The position numbers and the translations under genes are program-made. This document shows, piece by piece, positions 10,006 to 20,554 of a stretch of 64,000 nucleotides of DNA. The notes under the pieces are model-generated. The model was not told the DNA's origin and did not search any database. It saw only the letters and a program-made list of their open reading frames with translations. Within the stretch, counting starts at the first letter, position 1. Each line of letters starts with the position of its first letter. The DNA comes from an uncultured Desulfobacterales bacterium (lineage in GTDB: Bacteria > Desulfobacterota > Dissulfuribacteria > Dissulfuribacterales > JALVPX01): positions 8,491-72,490 of the forward strand of contig CAYWKF010000013.1 of assembly GCA_964459155.1 (NCBI GenBank). The letters are read 5' to 3'.

Positions 10006-10962
10006 TCAACCAGACAAGGCCATTATCAAATCTTTCATGTCGTTGGGCAGGGGAGCAACAAACTCCATCTCTTTTTTAAGAACAGGATGATGCAATGACA
10101 GAGAAAATGCATGCAGCATCTGACGTTCAATACTTAGCTCTTCACCTGAAATTCCCTTGATTTTCTTTTTACCTCCATAAAGGTTGTCACCCAAAACAGG
10201 ATGACCGGCTGAGGCCAAGTGCACCCTTATTTGATGCGTTCTTCCAGTAAATATCCGAACCGAAAGCAAAGAAGCGCCTGCAAGCTCCTGCTCAAGCTCC
10301 CACCTAGTCTGTGCAGGCCTTCCAGATCTGGAAATGGTGGACATCTTTTTCCGATTGAAGGGGTGCCTACCAATGGGAAGGTCGATAAAGCCTTTGGTGG
10401 TGCCCATCCTGCCATCCACCAAGGCCTTGTAGAGTTTGCGTGTTTTGCCTTCCTTGAACTGGGCAGAGAGTGCAGCATGGGTGAGGTTGTCCTTTGCCAC
10501 TACCATTACCCCTGAAGTATCCCTGTCTAGCCTGTGGACAATTCCAGGCCGCTCTTCCCCACCTATGCCAGAAAGGTCTTTGCAATGGTAAAGCAGCCCG
10601 TGTACCAGGGTCACACTCTCGCTGCCAGCACCCGGATGAACGACAAGACCGGCAGGCTTATTAATGACAATCAAATGAGAGTCTTCATAAAGCACATCGA
10701 GATCTAGCTCTACAGCATGCAACTCAGAAGGTTTGGGGGGCGGAACGACAACCTTTATGCAATTGCCCGGACGAACCTTGAGGCTGGCGGCTGCACCAGA
10801 CCTGCCCTCTACTTCCACGTTCCCAGCCTTGATGAGACGCCGGATCTGTGAACGGGTCAGGTTCAGCTCAGAATGGACCAAAAAGAGATCCAGCCTTTCA
10901 GGTTTTTGATCCTGCGGCACCTCTATTTTGTAAAAAAGTGCACCTTGAGAATTAGTCATCAA
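10006..10962 (-). CDS. rluD: 23S rRNA pseudouridine synthase, RluD/RluA family
   Basis: N-terminal S4 domain and catalytic HRLDRDTSG motif. Confidence 0.85.
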   Translation of the reverse strand: MMTNSQGALFYKIEVPQDQKPERLDLFLVHSELNLTRSQIRRLIKAGNVEVEGRSGAAASLKVRPGNCIKVVVPPPKPSELHAVELDLDVLYEDSHLIVINKPAGLVVHPGAGSESVTLVHGLLYHCKDLSGIGGEERPGIVHRLDRDTSGVMVVAKDNLTHAALSAQFKEGKTRKLYKALVDGRMGTTKGFIDLPIGRHPFNRKKMSTISRSGRPAQTRWELEQELAGASLLSVRIFTGRTHQIRVHLASAGHPVLGDNLYGGKKKIKGISGEELSIERQMLHAFSLSLHHPVLKKEMEFVAPLPNDMKDLIMALSG

Positions 10963-10980
10963 TGGACGGAGCTATTTCGA

Positions 10981-11484
10981 TTATTCTGGTATAGGAGCTC
11001 CTTCAACTTGAAAAATTGATTCTATGCCTTCAGCAATCTCTTCTTCATCTTTTTGTTTGGCAATGGATATCTCTTTGATAAGCAGGTTTCTGGCAGTGTC
11101 AAGCATTTTACGCTCGCCAAAGGAGAGTGGTTTATCCATTTGCAGTATGTAAAGATCCCTAAGAACTGCAGCAAGATCAAATATAGAACCTGTTTTTATT
11201 TTTTCCATGTATTCCCTGTAACGACGGTTCCAAGTCTGCGGAGTGAAAGTTACATCCTTGTCTTGCAGAATGGAATAGACACGCTCCACATCTTCGTCAG
11301 AGATGACCTGCCTCAAACCCACATTTTCGGCATTGCTTTGCGGAATCATTATCTTCATATCATTTTCGAGAATCCGCATGATATAGAAGGTGTGTTCAGC
11401 ACCGCCGATGGATTTTTGCTCAATTGCCTCGATTACTCCAACCCCATGTGCTGGATAAACTGCCAAGTCACCGACGTTAAACAT
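10981..11484 (-). CDS. carD: CarD/CdnL family RNA-polymerase-binding regulator
   Basis: MFNVGDLAVYPAHGVGVIEAIE N-terminal CarD_TRCF RID domain; 167 aa. Confidence 0.85.
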   Translation of the reverse strand: MFNVGDLAVYPAHGVGVIEAIEQKSIGGAEHTFYIMRILENDMKIMIPQSNAENVGLRQVISDEDVERVYSILQDKDVTFTPQTWNRRYREYMEKIKTGSIFDLAAVLRDLYILQMDKPLSFGERKMLDTARNLLIKEISIAKQKDEEEIAEGIESIFQVEGAPIPE

Positions 11485-11640
11485 CTTTAAGGCTCTCCCC
11501 GCTTCTCTTTAAAGGTTCTTACAAAGAATAAAGACATGGAACTTATCAAAACGTTTCAATAATAGCATATTTTTTTCCTTTTGTGAATAAGATACGAAAA
11601 CATCCCATATATGCAGCGCTATTTTTTCGTTTTTCCCACT

Positions 11641-11656
11641 TGGCAGTTAATCAGCT
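11641..11656 (+). promoter_or_regulatory. candidate sigma-54 (-24/-12) promoter upstream of gltB
   Basis: TGGCAGTTAATCAGCT has GG and GC at the exact consensus spacing of TGGCAC-N5-TTGCW, about 100 nt upstream of the gltB ATG. The -12 element is weak. Confidence 0.3.
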
Positions 11657-11755
11657 TCTGTTTATGTTTCAGGGTTATGTCTGTCAAGGGCCGGCAAGCA
11701 ATGAATCTCAATTCATAGCGTGCCCAAAATATCTGAATCACAAAGGGGATTGTTG

Positions 11756-14700
11756 ATGTACTACTCAAAATCTTCAAGGGAAAAAGACGCTTGCGCTATT
11801 ATAGCTTTCGTTGATAAAAAGGGAAAGTCCACCCACGCAACCATAGTACGCACCATTGATGCCTTGCGCAAAATGGGGCACAGGTCAGGTGATATTAATG
11901 GTGAAGGGGATGGTTGCGGCATCTTAACAGACATTCCCAGGCAGATATGGGGCAGGCGGCTGGAAAAAGAAGGGATCAGCCGACACCTTGCAGAGAGCAG
12001 AATGTTCTTTGTAGGCCATTTTCTCCTGCCTATTTCAATCAGGCACGATGCACCTGCAATAATAAAGAAAATACAAGAAGTCGCAGCCAAATATGGCGCT
12101 GATATATTGCTCCAGAGGGAAGGGCAGACAAAAGATGAAGAGCTTGGGCCGCGAGCCAAGGCCGAGGCACCACTTTTTTATCAGATTGCCGGCATAATTT
12201 CCAGGGAGACCAGGCGTGAAGCCAACAAGGATTTGTTCAAGCTGCACATGGAGATAGATTCCTTGATCCCTGATATCCATGTGGCCTCTTTGAGCCTTGA
12301 CTCCGTTGTCTACAAATTGCGCGGAGCGCCTGAGTTGTTGTCGCGCGTCTATCCCGAACTGGTCGATCCAGACAACACGTCTGTCATTGCCCTTGGACAC
12401 AGCAGATATTCCACCAATACATTGCCCACTGTCGAAAGGGCGCAGCCCTTCTCTGTGCTAGGGCACAATGGAGAGATTAACACCATAGAGCGCCTCAGAA
12501 GCACTGGAAAAATCCTTGGCATTGATCCAGTGCCTGGGGGAAGTGATTCCCAAGACCTGAATAGGATTTTGGAGGGCCTAATAAACCTCTATGACCTAGA
12601 GCCCATTGAGGCCATGGAGATGATGTTTCCAACAATCCATTCAGAAGTAGAAAAATATCCCAAAGAATATCAGGAGCTTTATTCATTTTACAGATGGTTT
12701 TTCCCTTGCTCGGCGCAAGGACCTGCTGCTGTGGTGGCCCGTTTCGGGAATGTGTGCATGGGAAGTGTCGATGCACTCGGATTAAGGCCGCTTTGGTTTG
12801 GAGAGAGCAGTGATAACTTCTTTTTGTCTTCAGAAAAAGGCGTAGTGGATTTGAAAGACAATCTTAGAGACCCACGGCCTTTGGCACCTGGAGAAAAGGT
12901 GGCAATAGTAGCTGGCCTTGGGAAAAGGGCTGAAATTCTCGACTATACAGAAATACAATCTGAGCTAGTCAAGCTGATGGAATCAAGGAAGGGAGTGGTT
13001 GACTGTGTGCGTTCATTTTACCACGGCCTGCCAGATGAACACGCCAAAGCCGATTACTCGACCTTTTCGGAAAATGCAGGCGAAGAAGAAGCCCTGTCCA
13101 AATGGGACAACCCCAATATGCAAGCCGCCTTTGGATGGCAGCAGTACGATATCGATATGAGGCGCAGGGTTGCAAAAGAAGGCCGTGAAATAGTGGGCTC
13201 CATGGGGCACACTGGACCTCTTGCAGCTATAAACCCTGATGCCCTGCCAAACATCGCCGAATATTTCAAAGAAAATGTTGCTGTTGTTACAAACCCGGCA
13301 ATTGATAGAGAGCGCGAAGCAGAACACTTCACAACGCGTGTTATACTCGGCGACCGCCCTGATATGGCGTCCAGCAAGATGCCTTCACCTGTAGGCGTTG
13401 AGGTCATGATGCCTGTATTGCTTGGCGGAGGTGGATTGTCAGGGGTTTTGGACCAGGAAGAAGAACGAAAACTCGCCACCCAGTTTGGGACATGCCTGCT
13501 GGAAGATGTGCTGGATTTCTTTACTGGCCAGGCGAAGGACATGGCAAGGGTCAAGGTTTTGGATGCCACTTTTGACAAAGAAGGGGACCTGCACAAAAGA
13601 CTGGATGAATTGTCTGAAGAAGCAAGAAGCGCTGTCAAAACTGGTGCGGTTATCCTTGTGGCCGATGATGCCAGAAGTTTCAAAGACGGCAGGGTCTATG
13701 TGGACCCCAGCCTTCTTGTGGCCTACATCTTGAAAGACCTTGAAAAGCATGGCCTGAGGAGGAGCTGCAGCCTTATTGTGCGTTCGGCAGCCATCAGAAA
13801 TTTGCATGATGTAATGTTCCTGATGGGCCTGGGTGCAGACGCACTCAATCCTTACATGTTGTGGCGCTTGGCAGCCAGTTTTGCAGATGACTCCTTGCCT
13901 GTAAACAAGGCCGTGGCCAACACCCTTTCTGTGATGCAGAAAGGCATTGAAAAGGTCATGTCCACCATGGGCATTCATGAGTTGTGCGGTTATGGCAGGG
14001 TCTTTGCCTCAATAGGCCTTAAAAAAGAGCTTGAAGATGTATTTCAGATCCCAAATTTTTGTTCCTCGGAAAAGATTGGACTTGGATACGCAGAGATCCG
14101 GAAGCTGGCCGTTAAACGATATGAAAGGGCCTCTTCAGAAGAAACCCAGCCCTTGTACAAAGATCCCAAACGCAATCCAAGGGTAGGAAAGATTTTACGC
14201 TCTGTGGCCCTTGGGAAAAAAGGCTATTCAGAAATGGCCAAGGATCTTAAGAAGATCGAGGAAGAAATGCCTGCTGCCATTAGGCACACGCTTGATATAA
14301 AACAAGTGCCCTTGGAAGAACAGCCAGTCATGGATGAGGTGGATATTTCCGTTGGAAGGCACGACATGCCGCTGGTTATTGCCGCCATGTCCTTTGGCTC
14401 TCAAGGGGAAAATTCGTTCCGGGCATATGCTGAAGCAGCCAAGAAGGTAAATATTATCTGCATGAACGGCGAGGGTGGTGAAATCCCAGACATGCTGGGC
14501 AAGTACAGGCACAACCGCGGGCAGCAGATCGCTTCTGGCCGCTTTGGTGTGTATATGCACCTATTAAATTCCACAGATTATCTGGAAATAAAGATAGGGC
14601 AAGGGGCAAAGCCAGGTGAAGGAGGGCACCTTCCAGGGGTAAAGGTTTCCGAGCGGGTTGCAGAGGCCCGCCACTGCAAGCCAGGCATCACGCTCATATC

Positions 14701-16318
14701 TCCATCCAACCAGCACGATATTTATTCCATTGAGGATCTGGCCCAGATAATAACCGAGCTCAAGACTGCTAATCCGTATGCCAAGGTCTCTGTGAAGATT
14801 CCTGTTACCAGCGGTGTTGGAACCATTGCTGTCGGCATCGCAAAGGCCGGGGCGGATATTGTGAACTTGAGTGGCTTCGAAGGCGGCACCGGTGCTGCCC
14901 GCGAGCACGCCAAACGCTATGTGGGCTTGCCCGCAGAAGTAGGTGTGAGTGAGACCCACAGGGCCTTGGTCGAATCTGGCCTGCGTGACCAAGTGGAAGT
15001 ATGGTGCGACGGAGGCATAAGAAGCGGCCTTGAGGCAGTCAAAATGATACTGATGGGTGCAGACAGGATAGGACTGGGCACCGTTGCCTTGATGGGTGTA
15101 GGTTGCATAAGTTGCCAGCGTTGTCACTTGGACCGTTGCCCGCGGGGCATCTCAACACAACTTCAAACCAAGAAAGATGCCGAAGGGCGGGGAGTTAAGG
15201 GCTTTGTTCCGCGCCAATCGGAAATAGAGGCAGAAAACCTTGCAAGGCTGTTAAGGGCCATTGGGGATGAAATGAAAATGGTTCTGTGTCAAATGGGACA
15301 AACCAGCCTACGTGCGCTGGTTGGCAGGACAGACCTTCTTGAGCAGGTGCGCTTCCTGGAATACTTGGATACCACAGAAATTTTGAGAAAGCCCGCTGTA
15401 TCCGGCTTGGTAGAGGAATCCGTCAAAGCAGACATCGTGCGGCGCCCACTCAACTTCCTGACCAGGCTGATATCAGACATCGTAATGGAACGTTTCGATG
15501 ATGGAGCAAATATTGTTTACTACTCCGATCATGGCGTAAGGAGCACTGACCGTGCAGTAGGCACCTATTTGGCAGGGGCCATGGTACGGAAATATGATTC
15601 AGACGAGAGCCACCGCACAAGGCTCAGGCTCGAAAGCTCTGTACCTGGAAATGGTCTGTGTGCATTCAACATTCCCAACATTGATATATTCGTAGGAGGT
15701 GGAGCCCAGGACGGAGCAGCAAAGGGCGCCTTTGGTGGAATATTAGGTATATTGAAGGGGCTGAATCGCCAAGGCAAATATATTGACGGGTCTGCCGGAA
15801 AGAGCCTTGCTTACGGAGCCATAAGCGGCACCCTACTTATTCAAAACTACGCTGACTCCCGTGCATGCGTCCGTTTGTCTGGAGCGGACGTCGTCTTTGG
15901 TGCCAGGATCACGAACCCTGTTCAAGACGATAAGGGCAATATCGCATCCAGAGCGCATTTAAAAGGATTCGCCTTTGAATATATGACGGGTGGACGCATA
16001 GTGGTGCTGGGAGACCCAGGCCCCTGGATATGCGCCGGTATGACCGGCGGCGTTATATATCAGTGCCTTTATCCAGATCTCGGATTTGACAAGGATGCAC
16101 TGAACCGCCGCTTGGCCAGGGGAGCAAATGTGAATATCCGCAAAATCGATGATCAGGGTTACAGAGATGTTGAGGAATTGCTTGGCATTTACATAAATGC
16201 ATTGAAAAGGGCGTTCCAATACAAAGAAGCAGAGAAGGTCGCCGGGATATTGGCTGAAGGGAAAGACAGGTTTGTGATGATAGTGCCCAAATCGCTCAAG
16301 CCTCCTTCAGCAGAATAG
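11756..16318 (+). CDS. gltB: glutamate synthase large subunit
   Basis: About 1520 aa with Ntn amidotransferase, central, FMN/FeS (GEGGHLPG, CxxxxxxC) and C-terminal GXGXG domains. ATG at 11756 follows AGGGGA. The ORF also opens at GTG 11720. Confidence 0.9.
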   Translation: MYYSKSSREKDACAIIAFVDKKGKSTHATIVRTIDALRKMGHRSGDINGEGDGCGILTDIPRQIWGRRLEKEGISRHLAESRMFFVGHFLLPISIRHDAPAIIKKIQEVAAKYGADILLQREGQTKDEELGPRAKAEAPLFYQIAGIISRETRREANKDLFKLHMEIDSLIPDIHVASLSLDSVVYKLRGAPELLSRVYPELVDPDNTSVIALGHSRYSTNTLPTVERAQPFSVLGHNGEINTIERLRSTGKILGIDPVPGGSDSQDLNRILEGLINLYDLEPIEAMEMMFPTIHSEVEKYPKEYQELYSFYRWFFPCSAQGPAAVVARFGNVCMGSVDALGLRPLWFGESSDNFFLSSEKGVVDLKDNLRDPRPLAPGEKVAIVAGLGKRAEILDYTEIQSELVKLMESRKGVVDCVRSFYHGLPDEHAKADYSTFSENAGEEEALSKWDNPNMQAAFGWQQYDIDMRRRVAKEGREIVGSMGHTGPLAAINPDALPNIAEYFKENVAVVTNPAIDREREAEHFTTRVILGDRPDMASSKMPSPVGVEVMMPVLLGGGGLSGVLDQEEERKLATQFGTCLLEDVLDFFTGQAKDMARVKVLDATFDKEGDLHKRLDELSEEARSAVKTGAVILVADDARSFKDGRVYVDPSLLVAYILKDLEKHGLRRSCSLIVRSAAIRNLHDVMFLMGLGADALNPYMLWRLAASFADDSLPVNKAVANTLSVMQKGIEKVMSTMGIHELCGYGRVFASIGLKKELEDVFQIPNFCSSEKIGLGYAEIRKLAVKRYERASSEETQPLYKDPKRNPRVGKILRSVALGKKGYSEMAKDLKKIEEEMPAAIRHTLDIKQVPLEEQPVMDEVDISVGRHDMPLVIAAMSFGSQGENSFRAYAEAAKKVNIICMNGEGGEIPDMLGKYRHNRGQQIASGRFGVYMHLLNSTDYLEIKIGQGAKPGEGGHLPGVKVSERVAEARHCKPGITLISPSNQHDIYSIEDLAQIITELKTANPYAKVSVKIPVTSGVGTIAVGIAKAGADIVNLSGFEGGTGAAREHAKRYVGLPAEVGVSETHRALVESGLRDQVEVWCDGGIRSGLEAVKMILMGADRIGLGTVALMGVGCISCQRCHLDRCPRGISTQLQTKKDAEGRGVKGFVPRQSEIEAENLARLLRAIGDEMKMVLCQMGQTSLRALVGRTDLLEQVRFLEYLDTTEILRKPAVSGLVEESVKADIVRRPLNFLTRLISDIVMERFDDGANIVYYSDHGVRSTDRAVGTYLAGAMVRKYDSDESHRTRLRLESSVPGNGLCAFNIPNIDIFVGGGAQDGAAKGAFGGILGILKGLNRQGKYIDGSAGKSLAYGAISGTLLIQNYADSRACVRLSGADVVFGARITNPVQDDKGNIASRAHLKGFAFEYMTGGRIVVLGDPGPWICAGMTGGVIYQCLYPDLGFDKDALNRRLARGANVNIRKIDDQGYRDVEELLGIYINALKRAFQYKEAEKVAGILAEGKDRFVMIVPKSLKPPSAE

Positions 16319-16340
16319 CAGTGCTGTTTGATTGACAAAA

Positions 16341-16376
16341 ACGCCCAGAACCATTGGCCGCTGGTCTGGGCGTTTT
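16341..16376 (+). terminator. rho-independent terminator after gltB
   Basis: 9-bp stem ACGCCCAGA / TCTGGGCGT followed by TTTT. It lies inside the 5' extension of ORF 16332, which argues for the later start at 16398. Confidence 0.6.
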
Positions 16377-16397
16377 ACATTTTGCAGGGAGGGCGAG

Positions 16398-16808
16398 ATG
16401 GAAAAATGGCTGCTATACTCATTGTTGGCCCTGTTTATATATGGTTTGTGGGGATTTTTCCCAAAATTGGCAGTCACCTACATCAAGCCGCTCAGCGCCC
16501 TCATTTACGAAATCCCTGGAGCCATAGCCGTAGGGATCATAGCCCTCGTCATTGCAGGATTCAGGCTGGACTGCCACCCTAAAGGTATCATGTACGCTTT
16601 TTTGACAGGATTCTGCGGCATGCTAGGTACACTGTTCTTTTTGGCAGCTGCCAAACAAGGCAGAATATCCATTGTGGTTAGCATGACGGCCCTCTACCCG
16701 CTCATCACTATAATTTTGGCTGCAATATTCCTTAAAGAACCCCTTACAATAAAACAAATTGCTGGCATGGCTTTGGCTTTAGCTGCGATACTCCTTATGT
16801 CCTCGTAA
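16398..16808 (+). CDS. small EamA/DMT-superfamily membrane protein (half-size)
   Basis: 136 aa with 4-5 hydrophobic helices in an EamA-like pattern. GGGAGGG RBS lies upstream of ATG 16398. Confidence 0.6.
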   Translation: MEKWLLYSLLALFIYGLWGFFPKLAVTYIKPLSALIYEIPGAIAVGIIALVIAGFRLDCHPKGIMYAFLTGFCGMLGTLFFLAAAKQGRISIVVSMTALYPLITIILAAIFLKEPLTIKQIAGMALALAAILLMSS

Positions 16809-16931
16809 ATTATCCCGTCGGGTGTGTTATCAGGGGCAAATCTAAGGCTTATTTGCGTTATCACCATAAAGATTTATAAGAAAATTTTTTCTTGATTCAA
16901 ATTAAGAGGCAGTTTAGTGTAAATTTTAACT

Positions 16932-17492
16932 ATGGTTGGGACTGGGGACATTTTGAGATTTCTGGCACAGGGTTTTTCCTACCCTGAAGATGAAAAATTC
17001 ATTGAAAAAGGAAGCGGTGTACTGTTTGACATTGCCCGTGATCTGAAAATATCCGTACCTCAAATTGACCAAATTCCAACACTCCAGGAACATCAAAACG
17101 ATTTTGTCCGCTTGTTCGTTGCAGCACCAGGTGGAGTGCCTGCACCGCCATATGCCTCATACTATATCAACTCTCGCAAACTTCTCTTTCAAGAAGGGAT
17201 GGAGCAAGTTCTTGAGTATTATTACAAAGCAGGGGTTGAGCCAATGTCCAAATCTGAACCACCAGACCATTTGTCTTTGGAGCTTGCCTTGGCAGGCCAC
17301 ATGATCGACTGTGGGTGTTTGAGTTTGCTCAACGACTTTTTAGTCAACCATCTTCTGCTCTGGTATCCCCAATTCGAGAAAAAGCTCGTTGAGGCCAGGC
17401 CTAGCAGTTGGTTCGAGACATTAGGCCGGGTCACAGGAGAGCTTTTAAAACAAATCAGCTCAATGGAAGGAGGGTTTTATGAGAAGGCGTGA
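16932..17492 (+). CDS. TorD/DmsD-family redox enzyme maturation chaperone
   Basis: 186 aa with the PDHLSLELALAGHM motif typical of the TorD family. It overlaps the start of the Tat-dependent Mo enzyme. Confidence 0.7.
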   Translation: MVGTGDILRFLAQGFSYPEDEKFIEKGSGVLFDIARDLKISVPQIDQIPTLQEHQNDFVRLFVAAPGGVPAPPYASYYINSRKLLFQEGMEQVLEYYYKAGVEPMSKSEPPDHLSLELALAGHMIDCGCLSLLNDFLVNHLLLWYPQFEKKLVEARPSSWFETLGRVTGELLKQISSMEGGFYEKA

Positions 17493-19776
17493 TTTTTTGA
17501 AACTGTCCGCCTCTACGACACTTGCCTTGGCTTCGCTGGGCCTTGAAACTAAGGAAGGATTTTTGAAGCCATGCAGCACAATGGCCTCTACTTCGAAATC
17601 TCTCCCAGGTAGCCTTGGAGCTAAAGAAATTCCTAGTGTCTGTGAGATGTGTTTCTGGCGCTGTCCTATTGTGGCAAAGGTGAAAAATGGCAAACTGGTA
17701 AAGATAGAAGGAAATCCAAAAAGTCCGGCAAATGGAAAACGGATTTGCGCCAGAGGGAATTCTGGAGTTCAACTCCTTTATGATCCAGACCGACTCAAAT
17801 ACCCGCTTAAAAGGACCGGAGAACGCGGGGAGGGGAAATGGGCCAAAATTAGCTGGAATGAAGCATTAGACGAAATTGCTTTCAATATAGACAAAATAAG
17901 GAAAAAATATGGCCCCCATTCTCTTGCCTATTTTGATCACGGAGCCAGTGCTGAATTCATGCGGGAAATATTTCAAGCCTTGGGAACAGAGAATTATTCC
18001 AATGAACCAGCGTTTTTCCAATGCGTAGGCCCTGTGGCAGTCGCCTATCTCACTACGATGGGCTACGTGGTTTCTGGAACCCGCCAATATATAGATATGG
18101 CTCATGCCAAAGCAATGCTGCTTGTAGGCACCCACATTGGTGAAAACGTTCATGTGTCCCATGTTAGAGAGTTTATAGAAGGCCTTTCAAAAGGCGCAAA
18201 GCTGGTAGTAGTCGACCCCAGGTTTTCCACGGCAGCAAACAAAGCTGACGTCTATCTTCCAATACGGCCGGGCACCGATACAGCGCTTTTACTCGCTTGG
18301 ATAAACTACGTAATCGAGAAAAATTTGTATGACAAGCCCTTTGTAGAGAGAAACTGCACGGGTTTTGATGAACTAAAATCTGCTATAAAGAAATATACCC
18401 TGGAATGGGCAGCTCCAATCTGCGATCTTAAAATAGAAGATATGAAGGCCGCAATCGAACTGCTGGCCCAGGCACGCCCCAACACGGCTATACATCCTGG
18501 GCGTCACAGCACATGGTACGGCAGAGGGGATGTAGGGCGCCATCACTGTTTGTCCATACTTGCCTCGCTGTTTGGTTCAATCGGGGCACCCGGTGGCATT
18601 TATTTTCCAACCCCAATCAAAAAAGGCCATGCCCATTGTATTGCCTGTGCGGGTGAAAACGAAGTGGAAGAGCCAGATGTTTCACTGAGAGACAAATATC
18701 CATTCATAGAAGCCCTACCAGGAACACCCACTGCAGAAATTATAAAGGCGACCATAAGTGGAAAACCTTATCCCATAAAACTTTGGGGAATCAACGGAGT
18801 CAATATTATTCAAACGATTCCGAACCCTTATGAGACCATCAAGGCCATCAAAAATCTGGATTTCATCTTTTGCGAGGAGATGATGCCTGGAGAAACCGCT
18901 ATATGGTCAGATATCATATTACCAGGGGCGACCTATCTGGAACGATATGATGCAGTTTATACTTATGACCTTTTAACTCCTTACGTGACCGTAAGGCAGC
19001 CGGTGACTGCCCCCCTGTTTGAGGTCAAAACCCCTTATTGGATAGCTAAAGAGTTGGCTAAAAGGCTAAAGATGGACTGCTTTAGATGTAAAAACGAAAA
19101 GGAGCTTGTAGAAGAGGAATTGAAACAGATGGGGCTAAGCCTTGAAAAACTTGGCGCTGAAGGCGGGCTGATAAAATTTAAGGCCAATCCCTACCGCAGG
19201 CCAGAAGAATTACAGATGCCCACAGACACGGGCAAAATTCTCCTATCCGTACCAGACTTCGCAGAAGAAGATCTTGATGCGGTTCCAAAATTTGTCGCTA
19301 CGCCGGCACCTCCTGAGGGGTTTGCAAGGCTTATTTATGGCCGCTCTCCTGTGCATACCTTCTCCAGGACCATGAACAACCAATGGCTGAATCACGAATG
19401 GCCAGAAAATCATGCCTGGATAAATGATGAAGTCGCAGCAAAATTGAAAATCCAGGATGGTGAAATGATTGTTTTGGAGAATGAGCACGGAAAACGTTCA
19501 AATCCTATAAAGGCAAAAGTCACTCCCGGCATCCGCCCAGATTGCATATATATGGCCCACGGCTTTGGCAGTAAATCAAAGCACCTGAAGAAGGCCTTTA
19601 AAAAGGGAGCTAGCGATCAGTATCTCATAACCACTTATGAAAATGATCCTTTTATGGGAGCGTCAAGCCATAGGACGAGCTTTGTTCGCATAGTCAAAAA
19701 AGGGGTGGTCAAAAACATACCAGACCTGCGACCACTGCCTAGAGAGCTCCCCCGTTTTGAAATCAGCAAGGCTTAA
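17479..19776 (+). CDS. Tat-exported molybdopterin oxidoreductase catalytic subunit (Psr/Phs/Arr-like; substrate unknown)
   Basis: Twin-arginine leader MRRRDFLKLSAS. N-terminal FeS motif C-x2-C-x3-C-x27-C (CEMCFWRC...ICARG). MopB-family length of 765 aa. Confidence 0.85.
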   Translation: MRRRDFLKLSASTTLALASLGLETKEGFLKPCSTMASTSKSLPGSLGAKEIPSVCEMCFWRCPIVAKVKNGKLVKIEGNPKSPANGKRICARGNSGVQLLYDPDRLKYPLKRTGERGEGKWAKISWNEALDEIAFNIDKIRKKYGPHSLAYFDHGASAEFMREIFQALGTENYSNEPAFFQCVGPVAVAYLTTMGYVVSGTRQYIDMAHAKAMLLVGTHIGENVHVSHVREFIEGLSKGAKLVVVDPRFSTAANKADVYLPIRPGTDTALLLAWINYVIEKNLYDKPFVERNCTGFDELKSAIKKYTLEWAAPICDLKIEDMKAAIELLAQARPNTAIHPGRHSTWYGRGDVGRHHCLSILASLFGSIGAPGGIYFPTPIKKGHAHCIACAGENEVEEPDVSLRDKYPFIEALPGTPTAEIIKATISGKPYPIKLWGINGVNIIQTIPNPYETIKAIKNLDFIFCEEMMPGETAIWSDIILPGATYLERYDAVYTYDLLTPYVTVRQPVTAPLFEVKTPYWIAKELAKRLKMDCFRCKNEKELVEEELKQMGLSLEKLGAEGGLIKFKANPYRRPEELQMPTDTGKILLSVPDFAEEDLDAVPKFVATPAPPEGFARLIYGRSPVHTFSRTMNNQWLNHEWPENHAWINDEVAAKLKIQDGEMIVLENEHGKRSNPIKAKVTPGIRPDCIYMAHGFGSKSKHLKKAFKKGASDQYLITTYENDPFMGASSHRTSFVRIVKKGVVKNIPDLRPLPRELPRFEISKA

Positions 19777-19791
19777 ATCAGGAGGTGAATC

Positions 19792-20541
19792 ATGAGTCAA
19801 TATGCAATGGTAATTGATCTTGCTAAATGCGTCGGATGCCATGCATGTGCAATAGCTTGCAGGGCTGAATGGCGAGTCCCGGCAGAAGAAGGATACAGGC
19901 GTAATTGGGTGAAAAGAATTGGCCCTGAAAAGACACCTTTTGGCATGGCCTATACTTTTTATCCAGGCCTATGCAACCATTGTGATCAACCTGTATGCGT
20001 GGATGTGTGCCCGGTTGATCCTGTAACGAGAGAATTTGTATCGGCAAACGGTAAAAGAAAAAAGCTGGAAATTAAAGCTACCTTTAAAGAGCCTTTTACC
20101 GGTATAGTCTTGATCGACAAAGAAAGGTGCATTGGCTGCGGCGCCTGTGTAGAGGCGTGTCCTTATGGTGCTCGATACCTTGATGAAACATTGGATGAGC
20201 CTAAGGCGGATAAGTGCACTTTCTGCTTTGAACGTATATCTGCAGGGCAAGAACCGGCTTGCGTCCAAACATGCATAGCTGATGCAAGGATATTCGGCGA
20301 CCTGAAAGATCCTAACTCCAAGGTATCACAATTGGTTAAGGCTGGATCCAAAAGGCTGCAATCTGATATAGTGCAGATTGGCCCCAACATTTACTGGAAG
20401 GGAAGCAAAAAAGACCTTCACGCCCTATTCAAGAACTTTGCACCAAGGCAGCGGACTTGGGAAGATGTTCAAAATGGTCCAGACCTTATGAAACGATCTA
20501 TTCTGAGAGCAGCGTTGCCTTCAAGCAAACGTGTAGGCTAA
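19792..20541 (+). CDS. four-cluster [4Fe-4S] ferredoxin subunit (PsrB/DmsB-like)
   Basis: Four Cys clusters (CVGCHACAIAC, CNHCDQPVCVDVCP, CIGCGACVEACP, CTFC...PACVQTC). Confidence 0.85.
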   Translation: MSQYAMVIDLAKCVGCHACAIACRAEWRVPAEEGYRRNWVKRIGPEKTPFGMAYTFYPGLCNHCDQPVCVDVCPVDPVTREFVSANGKRKKLEIKATFKEPFTGIVLIDKERCIGCGACVEACPYGARYLDETLDEPKADKCTFCFERISAGQEPACVQTCIADARIFGDLKDPNSKVSQLVKAGSKRLQSDIVQIGPNIYWKGSKKDLHALFKNFAPRQRTWEDVQNGPDLMKRSILRAALPSSKRVG

Positions 20542-20554
20542 CAATTATATTCTT

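Noticed and set aside
13054-13683. Long antisense or nested ORFs inside well-supported genes. Examples: 13054..13683 and 14564..15127 in gltB, 21162..21884 in dnaE2, 27206..27829 in secDF, 29691..30332 in murA, 54334..54852 and 56948..57613 in the rib genes, 60773..61285 in mlaE, and 61822..62337 opposite comM.
   Set aside because: Each lies entirely opposite or inside a gene with strong family motifs. Their translations are low-complexity (Ser/Pro/Arg/Ala-rich) with no recognisable motifs and no ribosome-binding site. This is typical shadow-ORF behaviour.
16809-16931. Moco riboswitch upstream of the molybdoenzyme operon (and upstream of moaA at 30532..30589)
   Set aside because: The regions are AT-rich or too short (58 nt for moaA). 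They lack the conserved GC-rich Moco-motif stems as far as I can see.
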